A DNA stretch of 59,863 bases, the filler included. It is 5 parts of 5 records of this genome, joined end to end, with 100 filler letters (N's around TTAATTAATTAA, not from the genome) between each part and the next. Parts side by side here need not be neighbours in the genome. Positions count along the whole stretch, not along the records: positions 51,154 to 59,863 come from SRR22947725_4069; 4 more parts are not named here. One strand, 5' to 3'. Under the pieces are notes generated by a model that saw only the letters and a list, made by a program, of their open reading frames with translations, ran no database searches and had not been told where the DNA came from. The position numbers and the translations under genes were made by a program. Positions 59,674 to 59,863 of this stretch are shown in pieces (position 1 is the first letter of the stretch; every line of letters begins with the position of its first letter).

Positions 59674-59863
59674 TTAAACACCTTTTCTTTGTTTCTTTTT
59701 TCCTTCCAGATGTTCTTTAAGAGATCTTTTGTTTTCTTCAGTAGTTGGTATTGAGAGAGTAGGGCTTTCCCAATAAGCAGAACCTTCTAACCATAGATAT
59801 CCATCAGTATGAATAGATATAACATATGTTTTTTCAGATTTTTTTGCTCTTTTAAAAGCTTCT
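59674..59863 (-). CDS. iolD: IolD (trihydroxycyclohexanedione acylhydrolase) C-terminal fragment
   Basis: EAFKRAKKSEKTYVISIHTDGYLWLEGSAYWESP...KQRKGV* resembles the IolD C-terminus; inositol gene context. Confidence 0.7.
   Translation of the reverse strand, partial: EAFKRAKKSEKTYVISIHTDGYLWLEGSAYWESPTLSIPTTEENKRSLKEHLEGKKKQRKGV

Noticed and set aside
1..59863. CRISPR arrays, rRNA, IS transposases, prophage or defence genes
   Set aside because: No regularly spaced repeats or recognisable proteins of these classes were found by eye

Overview
This window is not one genome. It is five unrelated contigs joined by artificial 100-nt spacers (44 N + TTAATTAATTAA + 44 N) at 19158-19257, 32697-32796, 42627-42726 and 51054-51153. 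The mix looks like a marine metagenome. Taxonomic calls are inferred from base composition, gene content and style, not from database searches. (1) 1-19157: GC-rich, extremely compact nuclear DNA of a green alga (chlorophyte; GTACGT/GTATGT..CAG introns, TGTAA poly(A) signals). It encodes ANK-RMT2, an SDR, a secreted Cys-rich protein, a probable mitoribosomal protein, MOCS3/Uba4, PPO, RanGAP, a fasciclin protein, plastid L31, kinesin-5, CDC50, RlmN and partial cpSRP54, plus a frameshifted Helitron/PIF1 helicase remnant. (2) 19258-32696: AT-rich betaproteobacterium (OM43/Methylophilaceae-like) housekeeping region: EF-hand protein, OmpR/EnvZ-type pair, cysG, miaB-phoH-ybeY-corC-lnt-glyQS. (3) 32797-42626: mid-GC, probably proteobacterial contig with coenzyme F420 biosynthesis (cofD-cofC-fbiC) and three F420-type luciferase-like oxidoreductases; its two ends are a 30-bp inverted repeat. 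(4) 42727-51053: AT-rich SAR86-like contig with an unusual cluster of Mpo1-like protein, di-iron hydroxylase, DUF3445 N-demethylase, membrane protein, ALDH7 and lysine/saccharopine dehydrogenase. (5) 51154-59863: very AT-rich SAR11-like contig with a tRNA 3' end, a degenerate pilin-like gene and a myo-inositol uptake/catabolism cluster. Best candidates for new biology: the SAR86-like oxygenase cluster, a structured intergenic element inside the F420 cluster, structured algal introns, and near-zero algal gene spacing. No CRISPR array, rRNA or intact mobile element was seen.
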